This document shows, piece after piece, positions 19,529-28,188 of a DNA stretch of 64,000 nt. Within the stretch, counting starts at the first letter, position 1, and each line of letters opens with the position of its first letter. Source of the stretch: an uncultured Acetobacteraceae bacterium. GTDB taxonomy: Bacteria > Pseudomonadota > Alphaproteobacteria > Acetobacterales > Acetobacteraceae. The notes under the pieces were generated by a model. The model did no database searches. It was not told the origin of the DNA and was given only the letters and a program-made list of their open reading frames with translations. The position numbers and the translations under genes are program-made. Where the stretch lies: positions 8,984 to 72,983 of the forward strand of contig CAXSAZ010000019.1 of NCBI GenBank assembly GCA_964235485.1, in the 5' to 3' direction.

Positions 19529-19621
19529 ATGACGTTACCTGAACGACCGCAAAGCGCCGCGTGCGCCCGCGTCCGTCGATTTCGCCAGCCGAGTTTGCGG
19601 CCGATGCTGACCCACGCATGA
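19529..19621 (+). CDS. Candidate 30-aa small ORF within the RNA array
   Basis: AGGAAGGAGG (19514-23) 5 nt before ATG; MTLPERPQSAACARVRRFRQPSLRPMLTHA*. No homology recognised. Confidence 0.3.
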   Translation: MTLPERPQSAACARVRRFRQPSLRPMLTHA

Positions 19622-19641
19622 CATCCTATTCCGACATTCCT

Positions 19642-19743
19642 CCGGCGGGCCGGAGGCCGAGGGTTACCTGGTCTGCTGCCGGTTCAAGTCCGAAGGCGTC
19701 CGACCGGACGCCGTAGCACCCCTCGCCCACACATGCCCGCCGG
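19642..19743 (+). ncRNA. Y-RNA-like unit 4 (T loop + acceptor stem, D arm absent)
   Basis: CCGGCGGGC/GCCCGCCGG stem; GGGCCGGA / AUGCCC module; CGAGGG/CCCUCG stem; CGG-UUCAAGU-CCG T-like arm; GGCGUCC-GACC-GGACGCC; then UAGC. Confidence 0.78.
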
Positions 19744-19766
19744 GTCACTTCGACACGAGGCGGGCT

Positions 19767-21350
19767 ATGACCAGCCATCTGAACATCCTTTCGCGACGCG
19801 CCGCGGCGGCCACGGCCCAGGCGCTGCCGATCCCCGGCACCGTGCCGAACGCGGCGGGTGGGCACGCCTTTGCCGTCGATGATTGGGCGCGGCTCGACCG
19901 TTTCCTGATCCTCGGGTCGGAGGGCGGCAGCTACTACGCCGGCGAGCGTCCGCTCACGCGCGACAACGCCGCAGCGGTGCTGCGCGCGGTCGCGGCGGAT
20001 GGCCCCCGCGCCGTTGCGCGCATCGCCGCAATCAGCGAGGCCGGCCGCGCGCCGAAGAACGGCCCGGCCTTGTTCGCGCTCGCCCTGGCGGCGTCGGCCG
20101 ACGACCTCGCCACCCGGCGCGCGGCCCTCCTCGCCCTGCCGCGCGTGGCCCGGACCGGCACGCACCTGTTCGAGTTCGCCGGGTTCGTGGAAGGCACACG
20201 CGGCTGGGGCCGGGCGCTGCGCCGGGCGGTGGGGGCGTGGTACGGCAGCCAGCCCGTGGACCGGCTCGCCTACCAGGTGGTCAAGTATCGCCAGCGCGGC
20301 GGCTGGTCGCACCGCGACCTGCTGCGGCTCGCGCACCCGGAAACGGTTGAACCCGACCGTGCGGCGCTGCTCGACTGGGTGTGCCGCGGCACGGAGGGCG
20401 AGGCGCTGCCGACCCTGGCGCGCGCCGCATCGGCGCTTGGCCGGGCTGGCGCGGGGGCGGAAGCGGCGGCGCTGATCCGCGCGCACGACCTGCCGCGGGA
20501 GGCCGTGCCGACGGCGTTGCTGAACGACCCGGCGGTATGGGAGGCGCTGCTGGAGCGGATGCCGCTCACGGCGCTGGTGCGCTCGCTTGCCAAGCTGACC
20601 GTGGCTGGCGTGGTGAGGCCGCTCGGCGAGCGGCTGCCGCCCGTGCTGTCGGCGCTGGGCGACGTGGACCGCATCGCGCGGGCACGGCTGCACCCGCTGG
20701 CGATCCTGTTGGCGCTGCGCACCTACGCGGGGGGCCGGGGCGACCGCGGCGGCCTGCAATGGGAGCCGGTGCAGCCGGTGATCGACGCGCTGAACGCGGC
20801 CTTCTACACCGCGTTCGGGGCGGTCGAGCCGACGGGCAAGCGGCTGCTGCTGGCGCTCGACGTGTCGGGGTCGATGGCGGCGGGCCGTGTCGCCGGGTCG
20901 TCGCTGACGCCGCGCGAGGCGTCGGCGGCGATGGCGCTGATGACGGCGGCGACGGAGGCGAGCACCCATGTCATGGGCTTCGCCGACGCGCTCGTGCCGT
21001 TGTCGCTGTCGCCGTCCATGCGGCTGGACGACGCCGTGCGCGCCGTGTCGGGCCTGCCGTTCGGCGCCACGGACTGCGCGCAGCCGATGCTGTATGCGCT
21101 GGAGCGGGGCCTCTCGGTCGATGCCTTCGTGGTTTACACGGACAGCGAAACCTGGGCCGGGGCGATCCACCCGGCGCAGGCGCTGCGGCAATACCGCGAG
21201 CGGACCGGCATCGCCGCGAAGCTCGTGGTGGTGGGCCTGGTGTCGAACGGGTTCAGCATCGCCGACCCGGCCGACGCCGGCATGTTGGACGTGGTGGGCT
21301 TCGACGCAGCCGCGCCCGCCGTGATCGCCGACTTCATCCGCGCCCAGTGA
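19767..21350 (+). CDS. rsr: Ro60 ortholog (TROVE + vWA domains)
   Basis: PNAAGGHAF, RLDRFLILGSEGGSYY, VKYRQRGGWSHRDLLRLAHP, ALDVSGSM (MIDAS), TDCAQPM, YTDSETW, MLDVVGFD. Confidence 0.95.
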   Translation: MTSHLNILSRRAAAATAQALPIPGTVPNAAGGHAFAVDDWARLDRFLILGSEGGSYYAGERPLTRDNAAAVLRAVAADGPRAVARIAAISEAGRAPKNGPALFALALAASADDLATRRAALLALPRVARTGTHLFEFAGFVEGTRGWGRALRRAVGAWYGSQPVDRLAYQVVKYRQRGGWSHRDLLRLAHPETVEPDRAALLDWVCRGTEGEALPTLARAASALGRAGAGAEAAALIRAHDLPREAVPTALLNDPAVWEALLERMPLTALVRSLAKLTVAGVVRPLGERLPPVLSALGDVDRIARARLHPLAILLALRTYAGGRGDRGGLQWEPVQPVIDALNAAFYTAFGAVEPTGKRLLLALDVSGSMAAGRVAGSSLTPREASAAMALMTAATEASTHVMGFADALVPLSLSPSMRLDDAVRAVSGLPFGATDCAQPMLYALERGLSVDAFVVYTDSETWAGAIHPAQALRQYRERTGIAAKLVVVGLVSNGFSIADPADAGMLDVVGFDAAAPAVIADFIRAQ

Positions 21351-21354
21351 ACCA

Positions 21355-21385
21355 CTCCGGCAGCTTTCTGAAAGGGCTGCCGGAG
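21355..21385 (+). other. Strong intergenic hairpin between rsr and rtcB
   Basis: CTCCGGCAGC/GCTGCCGGAG 10-bp stem extended by wobble pairs; no U tract; followed by a GGAGG RBS for rtcB. Confidence 0.55.
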
Positions 21386-21420
21386 CACCTTTCCAAACGG
21401 CAACTCATAGGAGGACGACC

Positions 21421-23811
21421 ATGCGTCGCCCCAGCGCCTACGAGACCCGCGCCCGCGAGCTGGCCACCCTCGCCGGCATCGACCCCGACAGCCGCGTTTC
21501 CCGCCCCGGCGAAGCGCCCGGCGGCCGCGGGATGCCCGCCTGGTGCGCCTTCCGCGACGCCGCGCGGGCCGAGCACCTTCAAGCCGAGATCGCCGCCGTC
21601 GCCTTGCCCGAGCAGGCCGCCGCCTATCGGGATGCACCCCTGCAAGTGTTCGGCCCGCACGAGGATGCGACGCTTGCGCAGATGCGCAACTGCATGGGCG
21701 TGGGCCGTGTCGCGGCGGGCGTGGTGTGCGCGGACGGGCACCTCGGCTACGCGCAGCCCGTGGGCGGCGTGATCGCCTATGAGGGCCAGGTCAGCATCTC
21801 CGGCGTCGGCTTCGACATCGGTTGTTTCACTGGTGACACCCGCATCTTCACGCTGAACGGGCAGACCCCGACCCTTGCGGAGTGCGAAGGGCAATCGGTT
21901 TGGGTGCTGGCCTGTGATGCCAAGGGCAAGCCGGTGCCGGCGCAAGGCGTCTGCACACGAACCCGCCGCGATGCGGCGCTGGTGCGGGTCACGCTGGACA
22001 GCGGCAAGTCGATCCGCTGCACGCCCGATCATCTGTTCATGCTTCGGAACGGCACCTATCGGCGTGCGGATGCCCTGGCGCCCGGCCAGTCGCTGATGCC
22101 GCTCTACACGACGACGGACCGAGACGGCTACGTACTGGTCCGGAACAATCAAACCCGGCGCCTCATGCGGCTGCACTGGATGGTTCATCGCGCCGGGCTG
22201 ACCGATCCGGCCCCGGACCTTCAAGGTGACGAGTTGGTTCTGCATCACCGGAACTTCACCCCGGCTGACAACGACCCGCTGAACCTGCAGCCGCTGCGCA
22301 AGGTTGACCATGACGCCATGCACGCGCGGATGCGGGACCGGGCGCACTTCAACACTCCTGAGTTCCACGAGAACCGCATCGCCGCGATCAGAAGGTTCTG
22401 GATCGGCGCCCGCCGAGACGACGGCTTCATGGAGCGGCGCCGGAACACGGCGACGGCCAACATTACCGGCTACATGGAAGGGCGCCCCGAGGAGTTTCGT
22501 CATGCGATCAAGAACAACGGGCGGCGTGGCTCTTCGCATCTCCTCCGGTTCAACACTGACCCGAACACGATCCGCCGCAACCGCGAGCGTGCCAGGAGGC
22601 CGACGCCGTGTCCGCTGTGCAGCGTCGAAATGATCTCGACGTCCTCCCTTTATTACCACGCGAAGAAGGAACACGCCGAGACGCTTGCGGCGGGTCTGCG
22701 GGCGGGACGGCAGCGTGGCAAGAACAGCGTGGCTGAGCGGTTGGTGCTCGGCGCGAACAACCACAAGGTCATCTCCATCGAACCCGTGGCAGAGCAGGAA
22801 GACGTGTTTTGCTTGTCCGTGCCGGGGCTGAACAACTTCGCCCTCGCGGACGGGGTGTTCGTCCACAACTGCGGCAACATGGCGGTGCGGCTCGACACGC
22901 CGTATGCGGCGGTGGCGGACCGGGCGGGCGCGATCCTGGCCGACATCCGCCGGGCGGTGTCGTTCGGCGTGGGGCGCACGAACGCCGAACGGGCCGAGCA
23001 TCCCCTGTTCGACGACGAGGACGCTTGGCGTGACGCCGACATGACCGCCTACCGGCAGAAGGCAGCGGCGCAGCTCGGCACCGTGGGGTCGGGCAACCAT
23101 TACGTGGACTTGATGCGGGACGAGGCCGGCTTCGTGTGGATCGGCGTCCACTTCGGCAGCCGCGGCTTGGGGCACACCTCGGCCACCAAGTACCTGAAGC
23201 TCGCCGGCGGCCAGGACGGCATGAACGTGCCGCCCGCGGTGGTGGACGAGGACAGCGAGCTGGGCCGCCGCTACGTCGCGGCCATGGAACTGGCCGGCCG
23301 CTACGCTTATGCCGGGCGCGAATGGGTGGTGGAGCGCGTGCGCCGGATCATCGGCGGCGCGGTCACGGACAGCGTGCACAATCACCACAACTACGCTTGG
23401 CGGGAAACGCATAACGGGCGGAACTTGTGGGTGGTGCGCAAGGGCGCCACCCCCGCCTGGCCCGGCCAGCGCGGCTTCGTGGGCGGGTCCATGGGCGACG
23501 ACGCGGTGATCATCGAGGGCGTGGACAGCCCGGCCGCGCAGGCGGCGCTGTATTCCACGGTCCACGGCGCCGGGCGGCTGTTCGGGCGGCAGCAGGCCAA
23601 GCGGTTGTTCAAGCGTGAGCAGATGGACGCTTGGCTGCAGGAGCGCGGCGTGCTGCTGGCCGGGGGCGACCTGGACGAAAGCCCGATGGCCTACCGCCGC
23701 CTGCCGGACGTGGTGGCGCAGCACGCCGGCACGATCCAGGTGCAGCACAGCCTGCGCCCGTTCGCGGTGGCCATGGCCGGGGACGGCGAGTTCGACCCAT
23801 TCAAGGATTGA
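21421..23811 (+). CDS. rtcB: RtcB RNA ligase containing an intein (796-aa precursor, 447 aa spliced)
   Basis: ADGHLGY.QPVGGV, GFDIG|CGN, LGTVGSGNHY, HFGSRGLG, HNHHNYAW, VVRKGATPA, STVHGAGR, DESPMAYR. Confidence 0.95.
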   Translation: MRRPSAYETRARELATLAGIDPDSRVSRPGEAPGGRGMPAWCAFRDAARAEHLQAEIAAVALPEQAAAYRDAPLQVFGPHEDATLAQMRNCMGVGRVAAGVVCADGHLGYAQPVGGVIAYEGQVSISGVGFDIGCFTGDTRIFTLNGQTPTLAECEGQSVWVLACDAKGKPVPAQGVCTRTRRDAALVRVTLDSGKSIRCTPDHLFMLRNGTYRRADALAPGQSLMPLYTTTDRDGYVLVRNNQTRRLMRLHWMVHRAGLTDPAPDLQGDELVLHHRNFTPADNDPLNLQPLRKVDHDAMHARMRDRAHFNTPEFHENRIAAIRRFWIGARRDDGFMERRRNTATANITGYMEGRPEEFRHAIKNNGRRGSSHLLRFNTDPNTIRRNRERARRPTPCPLCSVEMISTSSLYYHAKKEHAETLAAGLRAGRQRGKNSVAERLVLGANNHKVISIEPVAEQEDVFCLSVPGLNNFALADGVFVHNCGNMAVRLDTPYAAVADRAGAILADIRRAVSFGVGRTNAERAEHPLFDDEDAWRDADMTAYRQKAAAQLGTVGSGNHYVDLMRDEAGFVWIGVHFGSRGLGHTSATKYLKLAGGQDGMNVPPAVVDEDSELGRRYVAAMELAGRYAYAGREWVVERVRRIIGGAVTDSVHNHHNYAWRETHNGRNLWVVRKGATPAWPGQRGFVGGSMGDDAVIIEGVDSPAAQAALYSTVHGAGRLFGRQQAKRLFKREQMDAWLQERGVLLAGGDLDESPMAYRRLPDVVAQHAGTIQVQHSLRPFAVAMAGDGEFDPFKD
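21823..22869 (+). mobile_element. Intein (349 aa) with HNH endonuclease domain and C2H2 zinc finger
   Basis: Starts CFTGDT; block B IRCTPDHLF; block F DVFCLSV..LNNFAL; ends VHN followed by Cys+1. Internal VLHHRNF..ADNDPLNL...DH...H and CPLC-x12-H-x4-H. Confidence 0.93.
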
Positions 23812-23836
23812 GGGGTGATCCGGCGGGCGTGGGTTT

Positions 23837-24532
23837 TTAAGCCCGGCCCACGCCCACCTGCCGGCACATGGACAATAGCGGGCAAGCCGGGCACCTCGGC
23901 CGTGGGCCGGTGCAGACGTGCTTGCCGAAGGGCACCAGGCGCTCGTTGATCTCGATCCAATATTCCTGCGGCAGCTTGCCGGCGAGGGCGGCCATGGTGC
24001 GCTCCGGCGTGGACCCGGCGACGTAGCCCCAGCGGTTGGCTATCCGGTGGACGTGGATGTCCACGCAAATGGCAGGCTTGTTGAACCCGACCGCCAAGGT
24101 CAGCGCCGCCACCTTCGGGCCGACCCCGCGGAATGCGGTCAAGCCTTCGGGCGTGTCCGGGACCGTGCCGCCGTGGCGCTCCAAGATGGCGCGGGACAGG
24201 GCGAGGATGTCGCGCGCCTTCGGTTCCGGGAAGGTGGCCCCGCGGAGCAGGGCGGTCAGCTCGCCTTCGTCCAGCGCCGCCATGGCCACGGGCGTGCGGG
24301 CGCGGGCGAACAGGCGATGGCACACGGGGATCGTGGTCTCGTCCAGCGTGCGGGCGCTGATCAGGCTGGCGACAAGCTGTTCATAAGGGGTGTCGTATCC
24401 CTCGTCCCGGAGCTGGAACATCGCCGCCTTGGGCAAGCGGGCGCAGGCCGCGCGCAGGCGGCGGAAAACCTCGTGGATGTCGAAGGGGTCCTTGCCTGCG
24501 GCGTCCGGGGGCAAAGGGGCGGGGTCAGGCAA
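23837..24532 (-). CDS. nth: Endonuclease III-family HhH-GPD DNA glycosylase
   Basis: LTAFRGVGPKVA HhH, VDIHVHRIANRWG, C-x6-C-x2-C-x5-C 4Fe-4S motif. Confidence 0.9.
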   Translation of the reverse strand: MPDPAPLPPDAAGKDPFDIHEVFRRLRAACARLPKAAMFQLRDEGYDTPYEQLVASLISARTLDETTIPVCHRLFARARTPVAMAALDEGELTALLRGATFPEPKARDILALSRAILERHGGTVPDTPEGLTAFRGVGPKVAALTLAVGFNKPAICVDIHVHRIANRWGYVAGSTPERTMAALAGKLPQEYWIEINERLVPFGKHVCTGPRPRCPACPLLSMCRQVGVGRA

Positions 24533-24701
24533 GCCGGACCGTCCCAGTCAGCATGGCGAAGCTCCTAATCTTTAAGCAGAAGCGCCCCGCGGCTTTGGCG
24601 CCGATCCCGTTGGCCGTCGCGGCATCGGGCATGTAAGCGCCGGGCGAGAACGCGGGTTGCAGCGGAGGCCTGTCCCTTGCAGCCGCCGGTGCCGCCAGCC
24701 G

Positions 24702-25880
24702 TCAATACACGTGTTCCCGGATCGGCTGGTTGGCCGCGATGCGCTCAAACGCGAAGGGCCGCAGGTCCACCGACCGCGCTTCCCCATGCAGAATCAGCTC
24801 GCTCGCGCCGGCGCCGGCGGCCGGGGCGTGCATCATGCCGTGGCCGCTGAAGCCGCAGGCCAGCACCAGGTTCGTGACCTCCGGGTGCCGCCCGATGATG
24901 GCGCTGTGGTCGAACAGGTTATGCTCATACAGCCCGGCCCAGGCCCGCAGCAGCCGCAACTGCTCGAAGCCCGGGATGCGATGGGCCAAGGCGGGCCAGA
25001 TCACGTCGTCGAACAGCGCATGGTCCACGTCCAGGCCGAAATCGTCGGCGGCGTTCTCGGCCAAAGGCGTCGTGCCGCAGATGTACAGATGCCCCTCCGG
25101 ACGGAACACGAAGCCCGACGTGTCGAAGATGAACGGGCCGTGCGGGATCTTCTCCGGGCTGTCGAACACGAAGATGCAGCGCCGACGCGGCACCACCGGC
25201 ACGTCCAGGCCAGCCATCCGGCCGACCTGCCCGCTCCATGGCCCGGCGGCGTTGACGGCCGTGCCGCACAGGAGCTGCTTGCCATCGGCCAGCAGAACCG
25301 CGCCGATCCGCCCGGCGTTCGCCATTTCCAGCCCCGTCACGGTCCCATGGACGTACTCGACGCCCTGAGCGCGCGCCTTGCGCTTGAACGCTTGCAGCAG
25401 CGCCGGGCCGTCGAACCAGCCTTCCCCATCCGGGCCAAAGGACGCGATGCCGAGGTCGTCCACCCGCAGCCAGGGGTGGCGGTGCCGTGCTTCCTCCGGG
25501 GTGAGCAGCTCGGTGTTGACGCCGCAGGCCCGCTGCGTCGCGTTCCTCGCCTCGAAGGCCGGGATGTCGCCGGGCTTGCCCAGGATGAGGTAGCCGGGTT
25601 CGCGCAGGCCGATGTCGGCCTCATAGCCGTCCACGCTCAGCAGCTCCCGCACCCGGCGCAGGAAGCCGATGCTGTAGCCGGACATTTGGATGTTGGCCTC
25701 GGTGGCGAACTGCTGCCGGATGGCGCTGGTGGACAAGGAGGACGACGCCGCGGCGTAGGTGGGATCGCGCTCGACCACGGCGATGCGCCCGGCGAAGGCC
25801 GGGTTGGCGGACAGGTGGTAAGCGACGGAGCTGCCGATCACGCCGCCGCCGATGATCACCACGTCAAAGCTGCGCTGCAT
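24702..25880 (-). CDS. FAD-dependent oxidoreductase (DAO/FoxRed-like)
   Basis: IIGGGVIG, AVNAAGPWS, WAGLYE, ACGFSGHGMMHAPA. Confidence 0.88.
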   Translation of the reverse strand: MQRSFDVVIIGGGVIGSSVAYHLSANPAFAGRIAVVERDPTYAAASSSLSTSAIRQQFATEANIQMSGYSIGFLRRVRELLSVDGYEADIGLREPGYLILGKPGDIPAFEARNATQRACGVNTELLTPEEARHRHPWLRVDDLGIASFGPDGEGWFDGPALLQAFKRKARAQGVEYVHGTVTGLEMANAGRIGAVLLADGKQLLCGTAVNAAGPWSGQVGRMAGLDVPVVPRRRCIFVFDSPEKIPHGPFIFDTSGFVFRPEGHLYICGTTPLAENAADDFGLDVDHALFDDVIWPALAHRIPGFEQLRLLRAWAGLYEHNLFDHSAIIGRHPEVTNLVLACGFSGHGMMHAPAAGAGASELILHGEARSVDLRPFAFERIAANQPIREHVY

Positions 25881-28188
25881 CCTCGCCCTCCTTGTTCAGC
25901 GCCGCGGCCGCGGCTGCCCTGGCAGCCCGGCACGCCCGCCATACCCGCTCCGGCGTGGCGGGCATGTCTAGGTGCGCGATGCCCAGCGCGTCGGCGACCG
26001 CGGCCATCACGGTTTGCGGCGCGCCGATGGCGCCGGCCTGGCCCGACCCCTTGGCGCCCAGCGGGTTGCGGGCGGTGGGGTGCTCGTTGAACCGGACCTC
26101 CAGCGGGGGCAGGTCGGCCGCCCGCGGCAGGGCGTAGTCCTGGAACGAGGCGGTGAGCAACTGCCCGCCGCTGGGGTCGTAATGCACCCCCTCCATCAAT
26201 GCCTGCCCGATGCCCTGCGCCAAGCCGCCCTGGACCTGGCCCTCGGTCAGCAATGGGTTGACCAGGATGCCGTAGTCGTCCACCGCGACGTAGCGCAGCA
26301 GCGCCACGGTTCCGGTGTCCGGATCGACCTCCACCTCCGCCACGTGGGCGCCGTTCGGGAACACGAACGCCTCGTTCGGGTTGTGGGCGTCGGCATCCAG
26401 GGCGCCGGGCGGCAAGGTGCGGGCCAGATCAAGCAGCGCGATGCTGGCACCCTCCGCATTATGGAACGCGCCATCGGCGAAGCGGACCGCCGCCGGGGCG
26501 GATTGCAGCAGGCGCGCGGCCTCCGCGTGGGCCTTGGCCAGCGCGGCGTCCAGCGCCATTACCAGCGCGGTGCCGGCCATCGGCAGGGAGCGCGCGCCGC
26601 CATGGCCGCCGCCGGACGCAATGCGCCCGCTGTCCGCCTGCACCAGCCGGCACGCCTCGACGGGCACGCCCAGCCGGGCGGCGGCGAGTTGGGAAAAACT
26701 GGTTTCGTGCCCTTGGCCGTTGGACTGGGTGCCCGACAGCAGTTCCACCGTGCCGTCGCGCCCGAAGCGGACCGCGCCGTCCTCGCCGGGCTTGCCGCGC
26801 GAGGTTTCCAGGAAGCAGGCGATCCCTTGGCCGAGCCAGCGCCCGCGGCGGGCGGCCTCGGCCCGGCGCGCGGCGAAGCCGGCCTGGTCCGCCGCCCGCA
26901 GCGCCGCGTCCAGGTTGTCCCCGAACCGCCCGGTGTCCATCGCCGTGCCCAGCGCGCTCGTGTAAGGGAAGTCCCGGATCAGGTTGGCCCGGCGCAGCGC
27001 CACCCGGTCCCAGCCCAGCCGAAGTGCCGCAGCGTCCGCCAGGCGCTCGATGACGTAGTTCGCTTCCGGCTTGCCCGCGCCGCGGTAGGCGTCCACCGGG
27101 ACGGTGTTGGTGAAGGCGCCGCGCACGTCCATGAACACCGCGGGGATGGCATACACCCCGCCCATCGCCGTCGCGGGCGCCACCGTATGCGCGCCGGGGC
27201 CGAGGGCGGACACGTAGGCGCCCAGCTCGCCCGTGGTTTCCACGTGCAGCGCGAGGAAGCGGCCCTCCGTGTCCAGCGCCAGCCGCGCCCGCGTCAGGTT
27301 GCCGCGTCCGTGCGCCCCGGACAGGAAGTCCTCCGTCCGGTCGGCGATCCAGCGCACGGGCCGGCCGAGGCGGCGCGCCGCCCACAGCAGGGCCACATGC
27401 TCGGGGTGCAAAACGTTCTTCATGCCGAAGCCGCCGCCCACGTCGGGGCAGACGACGTGGATCGTCTCAGGCGTCACCCCGAAGCAATGGGCCAGGTCGC
27501 GCCGGAGGCCGTGCACGTCCTGGCCGCTCAGCAGCAGGCGCATTTGTCCGGTCGCCGGGTCGTGCTCGGCGAGCGCGGTGCGCGTTTCCAGGGACGCGGC
27601 GACGACCCGGTTGTTCACCAGGTCCAGGCTGACGGCGTGCGCCGCCGCCGCGAACGCGGCCTGGACGGCCGCCCGGTCGCCGCGCTGGTAATGGAACGCC
27701 AGGTTGCCCGGCGCGTCCGGCCAAAGCTGCGGCGCGCCCTCCGCCAAAGCATGGTCCGGCGCCGTCACCGCCGGCAGCTCGTCGTAGTCCGCCGCCACCT
27801 GCTCCAGCGCGTCGCGGGCGGCGGCGGCGGTGTCGGCCACGACCAGGGCGACCGGCTCCCCCACGTGGCGCACGCGCCCGGAGGCCAGGGCATGGCGCGG
27901 CGGCACGACCAGCCCGGCGGCCGGCGGCAGCGCCATGGCGCAGGGGATCGGGCGGATGCCGTCGTCCAGCAGGTCAACCGCGGTGAACACGCCGCAAACG
28001 CCCGGCATGGCCGCCGCTTCGTCCGTCCGGACGCGGAGCAGGGCCGCATGGGCATAGGGCGAGCGCACGAGGAAGGCGTGCAGGTGCCCGGCCGCCGGCA
28101 CGTCGTCCACATACCGCCCGGCGCCGCGCAGGAAGCGCCCGTCCTCCAACCGCCGCAGCGAGCGCGGGTCAGCGGCAGTGCGGTGCAT
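25864..28188 (-). CDS. Xanthine dehydrogenase/CoxL-family molybdopterin-binding subunit
   Basis: RLEDGRFLRG.GRY.DD, VGGGFGMK, AYRGAGKPE, QGHETSF, VEVDPDTG, GQVQGG.AQG.GQAL. Confidence 0.92.
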   Translation of the reverse strand: MHRTAADPRSLRRLEDGRFLRGAGRYVDDVPAAGHLHAFLVRSPYAHAALLRVRTDEAAAMPGVCGVFTAVDLLDDGIRPIPCAMALPPAAGLVVPPRHALASGRVRHVGEPVALVVADTAAAARDALEQVAADYDELPAVTAPDHALAEGAPQLWPDAPGNLAFHYQRGDRAAVQAAFAAAAHAVSLDLVNNRVVAASLETRTALAEHDPATGQMRLLLSGQDVHGLRRDLAHCFGVTPETIHVVCPDVGGGFGMKNVLHPEHVALLWAARRLGRPVRWIADRTEDFLSGAHGRGNLTRARLALDTEGRFLALHVETTGELGAYVSALGPGAHTVAPATAMGGVYAIPAVFMDVRGAFTNTVPVDAYRGAGKPEANYVIERLADAAALRLGWDRVALRRANLIRDFPYTSALGTAMDTGRFGDNLDAALRAADQAGFAARRAEAARRGRWLGQGIACFLETSRGKPGEDGAVRFGRDGTVELLSGTQSNGQGHETSFSQLAAARLGVPVEACRLVQADSGRIASGGGHGGARSLPMAGTALVMALDAALAKAHAEAARLLQSAPAAVRFADGAFHNAEGASIALLDLARTLPPGALDADAHNPNEAFVFPNGAHVAEVEVDPDTGTVALLRYVAVDDYGILVNPLLTEGQVQGGLAQGIGQALMEGVHYDPSGGQLLTASFQDYALPRAADLPPLEVRFNEHPTARNPLGAKGSGQAGAIGAPQTVMAAVADALGIAHLDMPATPERVWRACRAARAAAAAALNKEGEDAAQL

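Noticed and set aside
19157-19621. 154-aa ORF over the RNA array (and antisense ORFs)
   Set aside because: No protein-like features; overlaps strongly structured RNA units. Only the last 30 codons have an RBS.
19196-19743. CRISPR array (repeated GGGCCGGA units)
   Set aside because: Shared motifs are only ~8 nt, unit lengths are irregular, both strands of a helix are conserved, and no cas genes are present.
25864-28188. True aerobic CO dehydrogenase (coxL form I)
   Set aside because: The active-site loop is AYRGAG, not AYxCSFR, and coxM/coxS are absent.
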